Below, piece by piece: positions 1-10,041 of a DNA stretch of 43,550 bases. Each line of letters begins with the position of its first letter. Positions within the stretch are counted from its first letter, which is position 1. This stretch comes from Bradymonadia bacterium. Its GTDB lineage: Bacteria; Myxococcota_A; Bradymonadia; UBA7976; UBA1532. The stretch is from NCBI GenBank assembly GCA_046290225.1, contig JBKAGE010000014.1, forward strand, positions 1 to 43,550, written 5' to 3'. The translations under genes were made by a program, and so were the position numbers. Below the pieces are notes generated by a model. The model was not told the DNA's origin. It saw nothing but the letters and a program-made list of their open reading frames with translations, and ran no database searches.

Positions 1-787
1 CCCCGAGACCACCATCGGGAACGAGACCACCATCCGCCAGGGCGTGGAGCTTGGTGTAGACGACTGCAACACCCGCGTGTGTGGTCAGGTCACCATCGGC
101 GCGTGTCAGGAGGTCAACGCTGATATGGATCCCGCAGCGCTGATGGACGGCGACTGCGTCAGCGGCGACGCTCCAGAGAACGCGGGCCTCGACTGCGGTG
201 CCCTTCTCGCAGAGGGGGTCAATGTCAGCGGCACGTACTGGATTGACCCAGACGGTGATGGGGGTGTCGACCCCTTCCAGGCGTACTGCGACATGACGAA
301 CGATGGTGGTGGGTGGACCCTCATTGTGTTCAACAACACGAACAACAACGGCGCTCTGTGGAACCAGAACTGGGCGACCTACAAAGCGGGCTTCGGCAAC
401 ACGGCGAACCGGGACAACGGTTGGATTGGGAACGACAATCTGCATGCTTTGACGGCGAACGGTGCCAACGACATGCAGGTGCGTATCAATGACGACATCA
501 ACACCAGCTCCACCTACGGGAGCTTCAATGTTCAGAACGAGGCGAACAACTATCGCATGACTGTGGGCAACGTCATCTCTGGCGGGAGCTATGGCAACCT
601 GGCCTATCACAGCGGTCAAATGTTCAGCACCCACGACCGTGACAACGACAGCTACAGCGGCCACTGTGGCGGTCTGTACTCCAACGGCTGGTGGTTCCAG
701 AGTTGCTGGACCATCAACCCCATCTACGGTGAGGGCCGCCCTTACTGGGGCAGCTACTACAACTCCATCACCCTCTGGCTTCGCTGA
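1..787 (+). CDS. Fibrinogen-related domain (FReD) protein, 5'-truncated by the window edge, with hexapeptide-repeat-like segment upstream
   Basis: Frame is open from base 2 (PETTIGNETTIRQGVELG...). FReD motifs: YWIDPDG, YCDMTNDGGGWT, WATYKAGFG, WIGNDNLHALT, FSTHDRDND, GWWFQSC. Confidence 0.85.
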   Translation, partial: PETTIGNETTIRQGVELGVDDCNTRVCGQVTIGACQEVNADMDPAALMDGDCVSGDAPENAGLDCGALLAEGVNVSGTYWIDPDGDGGVDPFQAYCDMTNDGGGWTLIVFNNTNNNGALWNQNWATYKAGFGNTANRDNGWIGNDNLHALTANGANDMQVRINDDINTSSTYGSFNVQNEANNYRMTVGNVISGGSYGNLAYHSGQMFSTHDRDNDSYSGHCGGLYSNGWWFQSCWTINPIYGEGRPYWGSYYNSITLWLR

Positions 788-805
788 GAGGCCTTCTGAG
801 GCAGG

Positions 806-1828
806 CTACTTGCCACACACCTTCTTCAGGTCAATGACCACCACCTCGTCTGCCCCGCCGTAAGATCCCTCGAAGCCCCAACCCATCTCTACGTGCAGGA
901 AGATGAGATCCTCCCGAGGGATCAGGTGATCGGTGAGCATCAGGCCCGTGGAGCCCTCGACGTCTTTCTCGAAGACCACCTTGGACTTGCCGTTGGCGCA
1001 CTTGAGGGTGACCGTGTGGTGGTTGGTCTCCCATTCACCTGCCATCTCTTCACTGTGATGGCCCACCACCTTGGATGTCTCTTCGAGGGTGTAATCGCGC
1101 TCTTCCACGAGGGGGATCTCACTCCAGGACAGAAAGCCCCCGGCTTTCAGCTGCCTGGCCATGCCCTTGCGCATCTTGCGGGGGATCTCGAACTCCGTGG
1201 GGGTCATCTGTTCGTCGGAGTCGAGCAGCCGAACGCCTTTGCCCTGGGGCCAGTTGAAGAACGCCAGCTCGAAGTGCTGGCCCACCTGGGTACCTCCCTG
1301 GCCCACGATGCACGCCGCTGCCTGATGGATCGGCGAGTAGGCGATACAACCCGTCTGCATCTCAGCGGAGATCTTCACACGCTTGGGCAGCTTCGCGGCC
1401 TTGGCGGTCATGGCTTCAGGGCGGATGGGTTTGGCCTCTGCAGAGGGGGTGCACCGACGCACGTAGCTGGCGATGAATCTGCCCTGCAGCTTCTCTTTGG
1501 CTTGGACTGCGGCCTTTTGATCGTCGAACTGACCGGCGATGACCGAGAGCAGCCCCCACCGCAGATCGGTGAACTGTCGTGTGTCGTATACCGCGGCGTC
1601 GGAGAATCCGATCTTACGGGCCTGCTCGGCGACGCCCTGGGCCTTCTCGAGCGACCGGTAGGGCATGCTGCCCGAGATGGTGCACCAGCGCGTCTTGGGG
1701 GGCTCTGGTGCGGGCTGTGAGGTGGGCGCCTCTGCGGTCGGGGTGGCCTCGGGTGGTGTGGGGGGCTCGGCGTGCGCAGAGACGCTGCCCAGAAGCCCGA
1801 GGCACATCAGAGGGGTACAACTGCGCAT
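806..1828 (-). CDS. Secreted protein, possible SPOR-like peptidoglycan-binding domain
   Basis: Signal peptide ending SAHA, Pro-rich linker, SPOR-like segment VIAGQFDDQKAAVQAKEKLQGRFIASYVR. Ends in TAG. Confidence 0.6.
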   Translation of the reverse strand: MRSCTPLMCLGLLGSVSAHAEPPTPPEATPTAEAPTSQPAPEPPKTRWCTISGSMPYRSLEKAQGVAEQARKIGFSDAAVYDTRQFTDLRWGLLSVIAGQFDDQKAAVQAKEKLQGRFIASYVRRCTPSAEAKPIRPEAMTAKAAKLPKRVKISAEMQTGCIAYSPIHQAAACIVGQGGTQVGQHFELAFFNWPQGKGVRLLDSDEQMTPTEFEIPRKMRKGMARQLKAGGFLSWSEIPLVEERDYTLEETSKVVGHHSEEMAGEWETNHHTVTLKCANGKSKVVFEKDVEGSTGLMLTDHLIPREDLIFLHVEMGWGFEGSYGGADEVVVIDLKKVCGK

Positions 1829-1876
1829 GCAGACGCTATCCTTTCCTTACACGGCGTCGAACTCTGTGGAGTCACC

Positions 1877-2152
1877 ATGGCTGACGCACCCATCAAACAA
1901 CCACCACGACCGCCTGTGGTCCAGCGCCATCGGCCGCGGCCTGTGCCCCACGTGGTCTCGGCCACGCCCACCGAGCAACGCCCCAGCGCGCTGAAACAAT
2001 TCGGCATCAAGGCGTTTCGGCGTCTGCGATGGCCCACAGCGGTGTATCTGCTCTGGTCGCTGTCGTTCGGCTGGAGCATCAACGCGCTCCTGGGCTTTAC
2101 GGTGATCTACGTGGCGCTGTTCATCGCCTTGCCCGACATCCTCGATCTTTGA
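1877..2152 (+). CDS. Small membrane protein
   Basis: GGAG upstream of ATG 1877; Pro/Arg-rich N-terminus and two hydrophobic C-terminal segments. Fills the gap between neighbours. Confidence 0.6.
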   Translation: MADAPIKQPPRPPVVQRHRPRPVPHVVSATPTEQRPSALKQFGIKAFRRLRWPTAVYLLWSLSFGWSINALLGFTVIYVALFIALPDILDL

Positions 2153-2165
2153 GTAAGAGCAGATC

Positions 2166-2912
2166 TCAAACGCAGTCCAAGAGCTCAGGCCTCTCTTGAG
2201 CAAGCCGCCGACATTTTTCACTGACGATGCGAATGGTAAAGGGTGATTCAGGTCGCCGCTTGAGCAGTAATACCATGTACTGAACGACGCTGGCGTACGG
2301 GTACCGACACAACACTCTTTGAGTGCTCAGCGCCTCTTCGGAGGTTGCTGCTGTCGCCCATCTTTCGAAGAACGATTGGCAGGCCACCCACGCATCTGAT
2401 CGACCTTCTACAAGAAGGTCACGGTTGAGGCCGAGGAGTTCGATGGAGGTCTCGCCTTTGGGGGTGTCCCCTACAAATATGCCAGTTGCAGGTGAGAAGG
2501 TGAGGTGATCGAGAGGCTCGTCAACGGTTGGGTCGATGAGCAGCGGTTGATCCTCATCGTCGAGGGGAAACGAATCTCGTTTCTGGTTGCTGTTGCAGAA
2601 GCTGCACGCCCACAGATAGTTCGACCACTCGAAGGCGAGGTGAGGGTAGTCGGCTTTGGGCCTGAAGTGCTCGATGTCCGTACCGGCGCTGTCTTGACAG
2701 TACATGCACCGTCCGAGCCCTGGTGCCATCGACGTGCACAACGTCGCTCGGACATCATCGAAGGCCTTGGCTTTGAGGTATCCGCCTGCCCACAGGCGCT
2801 CGACCTCGGCGCGTTGGGCTTCGGCATCTCCCGCTGAGATGACACGCGCTGTCCGCTTCTGCAGACGGCGAAGGGTCTCAGGTTTCAAGGGCTGGCGGTG
2901 GATGCGGATCAC
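2166..2912 (-). CDS. HNH endonuclease, Septu PtuB-like
   Basis: CMYC...DIEHFRPK..YP.LAFEWSNYLWACSFCN..K motif and IDP/LGLNR motifs. GTG start overlaps the ATPase stop (GTGA). Confidence 0.85.
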   Translation of the reverse strand: MIRIHRQPLKPETLRRLQKRTARVISAGDAEAQRAEVERLWAGGYLKAKAFDDVRATLCTSMAPGLGRCMYCQDSAGTDIEHFRPKADYPHLAFEWSNYLWACSFCNSNQKRDSFPLDDEDQPLLIDPTVDEPLDHLTFSPATGIFVGDTPKGETSIELLGLNRDLLVEGRSDAWVACQSFFERWATAATSEEALSTQRVLCRYPYASVVQYMVLLLKRRPESPFTIRIVSEKCRRLAQERPELLDCV

Positions 2913-4228
2913 TGAGAGTTGACGGCCTTGAGTGTGCGCTCGACGTCGTCGGACATCGACGAAGGCAGCTGTGAGAGCAACTCCCCGTGGCGACGGATGT
3001 CTGCCTCGGTCTCTTTGCCTCGCATCATGCGCGCTTCGATCTCCGCGAGCTCGCGTCGAAGCTGCTCAGAGTGCTCCGAGCGGGTGGTGTCGAGACCGAA
3101 TAGCTCGCTCGTGGCTGCTTGATCCATCGTGCCGTTCACGATCCGGTTGAACTGTTCGCCCTCGACACGTTCGATGGTGCGATCTTCGTCAGGCGAAGGC
3201 AGTCGGATCAGGCCGCCGGGATCGGCGGCGTGGCAGATGAGTGGGCTGTGGGTCGTGACGATGAACTGGATATTGGGGAAGTGCTCTTTGAGCCAAAAGC
3301 CGAGCTTTTTTTGCCATGATGGATGTAGGTAGGTTGAGGCTTCATCAATCAAAACTGTTCCGCAGTTGTCTACGTACACACTCACATTTGAACCTGGTTC
3401 AGCGTATCTAATTTTTATGCCAATATCAGTTTTTACCTGTCCATCAAGAATATAGAAGCCTTCCTTGGCGCCCATCGGAACATGGATAACTAGCATTCGT
3501 ATAATATCTAGTACTAAAGCACATACTGATCTATACCCATCGCTCATGCTGTCTATGTTGATCAGTGTGTCATTCTTAATAAACCACAGCCCTTCGTAGT
3601 CTACCTTTGAAATTTGAAACCCGTCTGGAAACAAGCCATCATTGAGTAGATCAATTACTGCACCTTCTAGGTGCTTTTCTATAGGTAGGTTTTGGCTAAT
3701 TCTTTCATAATTGATTTTTTTTAGCCATACCGTTGGATCCAATATAGGCTCACCATCTCTCAGAATAGATATCGACCTGTCTATCTGGGGGGACGAGTTT
3801 CTGTACTGGGAAAGTTCACTTTCCTGATTGGATACCATACGGGAAGCACCATAGGATGCTAGGAACATATGGTCAATTCTCGTGTCAATCCCAATGGTTA
3901 GTTTAGGCGGGGCTGTGTTGGTGGTTGTGAATGATTTTTCAACTACATCTTCCATTCTATGAAGAAGGTATGTGGCTGTGACTACGGCCTCATCCGATCC
4001 TTGTGTTGTCCAAGATGTTAGATGAGGTGAAATAAAAGAGCGTATGTGCCCAGTATATGTGTTGAAGGTGATTGCTCGAAGAAGCGTGCTCTTCCCTGTC
4101 CCGTTTCGCCCGGCCACCACCGTCCAACCCGCGTAGGGGTGTCGCGCGCCCTCTGGTCGGCGAAACGAGACTGTGTGCTCACCCTTGAAGCACTTCACAT
4201 CTTTGAGCGTGATCGAGTCGATGTACAT
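2909..4228 (-). CDS. ABC-type (AAA_21-like) ATPase, Septu PtuA-like
   Basis: Walker A GRNGTGKS, signature MSDGYR, Walker B VLIDE..YLHPSWQ, H-loop QFIVTTHSP. Coupled to the HNH gene. Confidence 0.85.
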   Translation of the reverse strand: MYIDSITLKDVKCFKGEHTVSFRRPEGARHPYAGWTVVAGRNGTGKSTLLRAITFNTYTGHIRSFISPHLTSWTTQGSDEAVVTATYLLHRMEDVVEKSFTTTNTAPPKLTIGIDTRIDHMFLASYGASRMVSNQESELSQYRNSSPQIDRSISILRDGEPILDPTVWLKKINYERISQNLPIEKHLEGAVIDLLNDGLFPDGFQISKVDYEGLWFIKNDTLINIDSMSDGYRSVCALVLDIIRMLVIHVPMGAKEGFYILDGQVKTDIGIKIRYAEPGSNVSVYVDNCGTVLIDEASTYLHPSWQKKLGFWLKEHFPNIQFIVTTHSPLICHAADPGGLIRLPSPDEDRTIERVEGEQFNRIVNGTMDQAATSELFGLDTTRSEHSEQLRRELAEIEARMMRGKETEADIRRHGELLSQLPSSMSDDVERTLKAVNSQ

Positions 4229-4351
4229 GCTTGAAGCTTATCACTGGCCATCTGAGCGCGACGAAAAAAACTGAGCCGTCGACGACCGCGATCACCCGGG
4301 GTTATCTTCACCGCCGCATAGACGAGCCCAAATGCCCAGCGCGTGGAGACC

Positions 4352-6010
<1,659 letters not shown>

Positions 6011-6020
6011 GGCGCTTGAC

Positions 6021-6929
6021 CTACCGGGTGCGTCGCAGCGTCACCACGCACCCGGAATACGCGATGTCTTCCCAGACGAGGCCGCGGCCACGGAAGCTTT
6101 CCGGGTAGGCCAACAACACAGGCACCGTCTTGAGATCGGAGCGCATCCAGCTCAAGCCTTCGATCTTCAGGCCCTTTGCGGACCGCCAGAGGTTGTCGAA
6201 CTGCGACACGGTCCAGCGGTTCATGGGCTGCAACTCGTCCAACTTCGAGCCGAGATCGTCGATCCCGACCTCTTTGAGCTTCTTCAGGGTGAAGGGCTCC
6301 GAGAAGATGTGCTGCAGGAAGGGTACAGGGATCGTGCGGTACGCGTGCATGCCCCACGGGCTGGCGTACAGCGGTCCGAAGCTGAGGTAGATCACGCCCC
6401 CGGGCTTCACCACCCGGGCCAGCTCTTCGAGAGAGGCCCGCGGATCGTCGACGTGCTCGAAGGCATTGTAGCTGAACGCCGCGTCCATCGAGGCGGTCTC
6501 GAGGGGGAGCCCGTCTTCCAGGCAGCCCTCGGTGAAGGGGAGATCTTTGGCCCGGGCGTGACGCCAGTCGTTCATGTCCGAGAGGTGCACGTCGTGGCCG
6601 TACATGCGCAGCGCGGCGCCGACGCTCCCGTCGCCGCAGCACGCCTCGAGGACCTTCTTCGTGGGCTCTGCGAGGCCTGGCAGGTCGATCAGCTGCTCCA
6701 CACGGGTCACCGCGCGGTGCCACGTGTCCCGGGCGCCATAGCCATAGTCGAGGTGCAGGAGCTCTGACCCCTGGCGGGTGAGCTGCTCGAAGTCGGCCTC
6801 GGCCCGGGAGGTGTCGGGGGTGCCGCCAGCCCTCAGCACAGGCTCCACCTTCGACTTCCAGTATCGCTCCGAGGTCCAGCGGCGCGTGCTCTGGGTGGTG
6901 TGATAGATCTTCTTGAGAGTTTGCTTCAT
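6021..6929 (-). CDS. Class I SAM-dependent methyltransferase
   Basis: VLEACCGDG motif I, NAFEHVDDP, RVVKPGG. Confidence 0.88.
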   Translation of the reverse strand: MKQTLKKIYHTTQSTRRWTSERYWKSKVEPVLRAGGTPDTSRAEADFEQLTRQGSELLHLDYGYGARDTWHRAVTRVEQLIDLPGLAEPTKKVLEACCGDGSVGAALRMYGHDVHLSDMNDWRHARAKDLPFTEGCLEDGLPLETASMDAAFSYNAFEHVDDPRASLEELARVVKPGGVIYLSFGPLYASPWGMHAYRTIPVPFLQHIFSEPFTLKKLKEVGIDDLGSKLDELQPMNRWTVSQFDNLWRSAKGLKIEGLSWMRSDLKTVPVLLAYPESFRGRGLVWEDIAYSGCVVTLRRTR

Positions 6930-7138
6930 TCCCAACCTTGCTCAGCCCTTGCTCGGCCCTTCGTCAGCTCTTGCGTAGCATCTGCAGGTGTCACAGTCAC
7001 GACCGAACGTCGATCAGCAATGTGCGATGGCGTACATGGCGTGGCACGGTCCTTGGTAGGACCATCAGCCAGGAGATGCAGATGGGAAGAAACATGCCGC
7101 TTTGCCCCCCTGGAGCGTGTCGTGGGCACCACACTGTG

Positions 7139-9160
7139 ATGTGGTGGCTCACCCTCGCGCTGATCACACTGCCTGCCCTTGTCTTTGCCCAAACCAAACC
7201 ATCGGCTCAGGCCCCAAAGGTGCGCCAGCGCCTCGCTGTGCTTGAGCTCACCGACACCACCGGTCAGCAGAGCGCCGCTGCGGTCTGGCTGGGCGAAACA
7301 ATCCGCACCCGGGCCGCTCGCCGCATGGGCGACCACTGGCTGCTCATCACCCGGGAGAACATCCTCGCCATGCTGCCCCCAGGCGTGGATCTCGCGAGCT
7401 GCGAGGGGGACTGCGAGGTCGAGACGGGCCGCAACATCGGCGCCCACGCCCTGCTCACCGGCACACTGAGCTCGGTGGAGGGCCGATGGCGCATCAACCT
7501 GCACCTGTACGACACCGACTCTGGCGCGTTGCTGAAGTCCCACCTGGTGAGGGCCGATGGCCTCGGGGCGCTGGAGCGGCCTCTACAGAGCGCCGTCGAC
7601 GATTTGCTCGATGCCCTGCCCAATGTGCTCAGCTCTGCCGAAGCGGGCATCATGCAGGCGGCGCCGACGATGCGCGCCGTGGGCGAGATTCGGCGCAAGC
7701 GCATGGAGGCCAGGCCCTTCGTGGCCCCCAGCTACAACCGCGAGGCAGGCAAAGAGGGCCTGCACGTCATCGTCGACCGTTTCAAGCCCGCTCAGATCTT
7801 CGTCGATGGTCGCAGCCTGGGCAGTGCTCCGCTGTGGTTGCCGCCGAGCCCCAACGGACAGTGGACGTTCCAGGTGCGGGCGAGCGGCCATCACCCGCTC
7901 GAGGTCGAGGTGGTGTCGCCCAACCGGCTCAAGGCAGCCTGGGAGGTGAAGGTGCCGCTGGCCCCCGCCTGGGACAAGGTGCGGATCCACAGCACGCTGC
8001 CTGGAGCCATCGTGCTCATCGACGGCCAGCACGCAGGGCGGACACCCCACACAACACGGGCCTTGTCGCCAGGGGCCTACCGCATCAAGGTCACTCACCC
8101 ATGTGCCGAGAACGCCTTCGAGCGGGAGATCATGGTCAGAGGCACCGAGTCGTTCCTCGACGTGAGGGCTGATCTTCAGTCCCATTGTGGGGCCCTTGCC
8201 GTGCAGAGCGAGCCCAGCGGCGCCACGATCTACGCGCCCTTTCAAGACACGCTCGACCTCACCACGAACCGGCAGGATCGTTACAGCTACCGTGCTCGAT
8301 ATCGAGATCAAGACCGCTTCAAGACGCCTCATCGATTCGATCAGCTGCCCCCCGGTCGCTTTGTCATCCGTGTCGCCCTCGAGGGCTACCGCAGTCAGGA
8401 GATCGAGGTGGAGATCAAGCCTGGAGAGACGGCCCAGGTGGGCTTGCCCATGACCCCGCTCTTCGGCGAGGCGGAGATCACCGCCGAGGATTTTCTGCAT
8501 CGCCCCTGCACGGGCTATGTGGAGGTGGACGGCCGCGAGGTCGGCCGCGCGCCCTGGCGTGGCAGGCTACAGGCGGGGCGCCACGACATCACCGTGGGCT
8601 GTGGCGTGGCTCAAGAGGCCGAGGGGGAGATTCGGGTGATGGAGGACGAGCTCTCCACCCGGGCGTTCACCGCTGAGGACCGGGCCCTCGATCTCACTTA
8701 CAGAACCAACCCTCACCTCGGCGCTCACTACTTTGGCTTCGGAGGCTGGTTCGATGATCGCCGCCCCTGGCGTTTGCGTCAGGGGGCCTTCTTCGACTTC
8801 GGCTTCCAGGGGTTCGGCGCCAAAGACGATCCGTGGGGTATCCCTGGTTGGAGCGTGGGGTACTCGTACCTGATGTCGGTGCCGCTGGGCACACCACGTC
8901 TTGAGCTGGTGACGGGCACCCGCCTGGCCATTGGCGGGGTGTCGTGCTCCGCAGACGCTCAAGAGGCGAACCTGTGCCGAGAGCGTGGAGGCGACACCCG
9001 CGATACATTGGGCTTGTTCTCGCTGCGCGGAGGTGGCCGGGTGAACTTGGGCAGCGGCTTTGCGGAAGGTGGGATGCAGGTGCAGTTGCCCTTCGGGGCA
9101 TCTGATTTCGAACTTGAGCCCATCGTCCAGCCTTACATCTCAGTAGGACTGTCGTTCTGA
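7139..9160 (+). CDS. PEGA-repeat exported protein with N-terminal CsgG/TolB-N-like domain and C-terminal beta-rich region
   Basis: Signal peptide from ATG 7139. Repeated GA-x-V-x-IDG...G-x-TP PEGA-type motifs; CEGDCEVETGRNIGA N-domain; ends VGLSF. Confidence 0.8.
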   Translation: MWWLTLALITLPALVFAQTKPSAQAPKVRQRLAVLELTDTTGQQSAAAVWLGETIRTRAARRMGDHWLLITRENILAMLPPGVDLASCEGDCEVETGRNIGAHALLTGTLSSVEGRWRINLHLYDTDSGALLKSHLVRADGLGALERPLQSAVDDLLDALPNVLSSAEAGIMQAAPTMRAVGEIRRKRMEARPFVAPSYNREAGKEGLHVIVDRFKPAQIFVDGRSLGSAPLWLPPSPNGQWTFQVRASGHHPLEVEVVSPNRLKAAWEVKVPLAPAWDKVRIHSTLPGAIVLIDGQHAGRTPHTTRALSPGAYRIKVTHPCAENAFEREIMVRGTESFLDVRADLQSHCGALAVQSEPSGATIYAPFQDTLDLTTNRQDRYSYRARYRDQDRFKTPHRFDQLPPGRFVIRVALEGYRSQEIEVEIKPGETAQVGLPMTPLFGEAEITAEDFLHRPCTGYVEVDGREVGRAPWRGRLQAGRHDITVGCGVAQEAEGEIRVMEDELSTRAFTAEDRALDLTYRTNPHLGAHYFGFGGWFDDRRPWRLRQGAFFDFGFQGFGAKDDPWGIPGWSVGYSYLMSVPLGTPRLELVTGTRLAIGGVSCSADAQEANLCRERGGDTRDTLGLFSLRGGGRVNLGSGFAEGGMQVQLPFGASDFELEPIVQPYISVGLSF

Positions 9161-9175
9161 GGGGCTCCCCTACAC

Positions 9176-9787
9176 TCACTCGATGGGGGGGATCAGGATC
9201 GTCTCGCCCAGCTTCAACACGCGGTCACCCTCGTTGCGGGTGTTGGCGTCTTTGATGGCGGGCCAGTAGCCCCCGCTGCCGTAGTAGCGCTTCGAGATCT
9301 TGATGAGGGTGTCGCCTTTGGCCACCACGTGCAGTCGTGGGGCCAGCTCGACTGCTCGGGCATCTACAGCGATCACGCCGGGCACTCGGCCCACGGCGGC
9401 TACCACCTGGTCGATGGTCTTGCGGCTGTCGGCCTCGCCTTCGAGGAAGACCACGCCACCGGCGATGCGCGGTTGCACGTCTACGAGGGCGAGCGGGGGC
9501 ATGTCGGCTCGGGCCATGATCACCGCTTGAATCAGCGGGTCGATGTCGGGCCCTTCGGCCTCGGGCTCTGCCGGGGGCAGGGTCATCCCCGGTCCTGTGG
9601 CAGTGAGCCGTGGCGCTTGCGGTGGCGGGACCGCCCAGTCGTAGAGCACCGCCGCGGCCACGCCGCCGCCGAGGGTGACGAGGCCCAGCATGGACAAGTG
9701 CAGGGTGAAGCGACCCAGGGGGGCGAAGAGTCGCTTGATCAGAGAAGGTCGGCGGGACTTCGACGTCGAATCACTGATGGAAGCCAT
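9176..9787 (-). CDS. Membrane-anchored BON + LysM domain protein
   Basis: TM helix, BON-like GGVVFLEGEA...VPGVIAV, LysM HVVAKGDTLIKISKRYYG..YW..I..AN. Start placed at ATG 9787, not 10012. Confidence 0.85.
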   Translation of the reverse strand: MASISDSTSKSRRPSLIKRLFAPLGRFTLHLSMLGLVTLGGGVAAAVLYDWAVPPPQAPRLTATGPGMTLPPAEPEAEGPDIDPLIQAVIMARADMPPLALVDVQPRIAGGVVFLEGEADSRKTIDQVVAAVGRVPGVIAVDARAVELAPRLHVVAKGDTLIKISKRYYGSGGYWPAIKDANTRNEGDRVLKLGETILIPPIE

Positions 9788-9820
9788 ATGACACCTCACA
9801 ATACATGGGCCTGCCATGGC

Positions 9821-10028
9821 ATCACATGTGTGCAATGTCCGCGGGCAGCCGGTAACCTTGAAGAAAAGCGTTTCGTATCTAGTAGACCAGAAAGGCACCC
9901 CTCGAGTCACATCGTCATCTGGGTACAGTGTGTTTCTCCCTGTAGATGTGACCTTTTGGGTGCCGTTAATGTCTACGTAAGGACTGGATTGATTGTTGCG
10001 AGTGTTGCCCACGAACCCATGATGTGAT
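9821..10028 (-). ncRNA. ssrS: Probable 6S RNA
   Basis: About 208-nt imperfect rod with a central bubble. Paired blocks: 9821-9827/10022-10028, 9837-9847/10006-10016, 9882-9887/9971-9976, 9894-9900/9958-9964, 9906-9913/9945-9952. G-U pairs form only on the minus strand. 5' GUUCG and 3' UUCAAGGUUAC resemble 6S RNA motifs. Confidence 0.7.
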
Positions 10029-10041
10029 TCCCCCGCGGTGA

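Noticed and set aside
2166..4340. Retron-associated Septu
   Set aside because: No reverse transcriptase, and the gap to fumarase (about 120 bp) shows no msr-msd-like structure.
9788..10012. N-terminal extension of the LysM ORF to 10012
   Set aside because: Atypical codon use; overlaps the structured RNA; ATG 9787 has a plausible RBS and precedes the TM helix.
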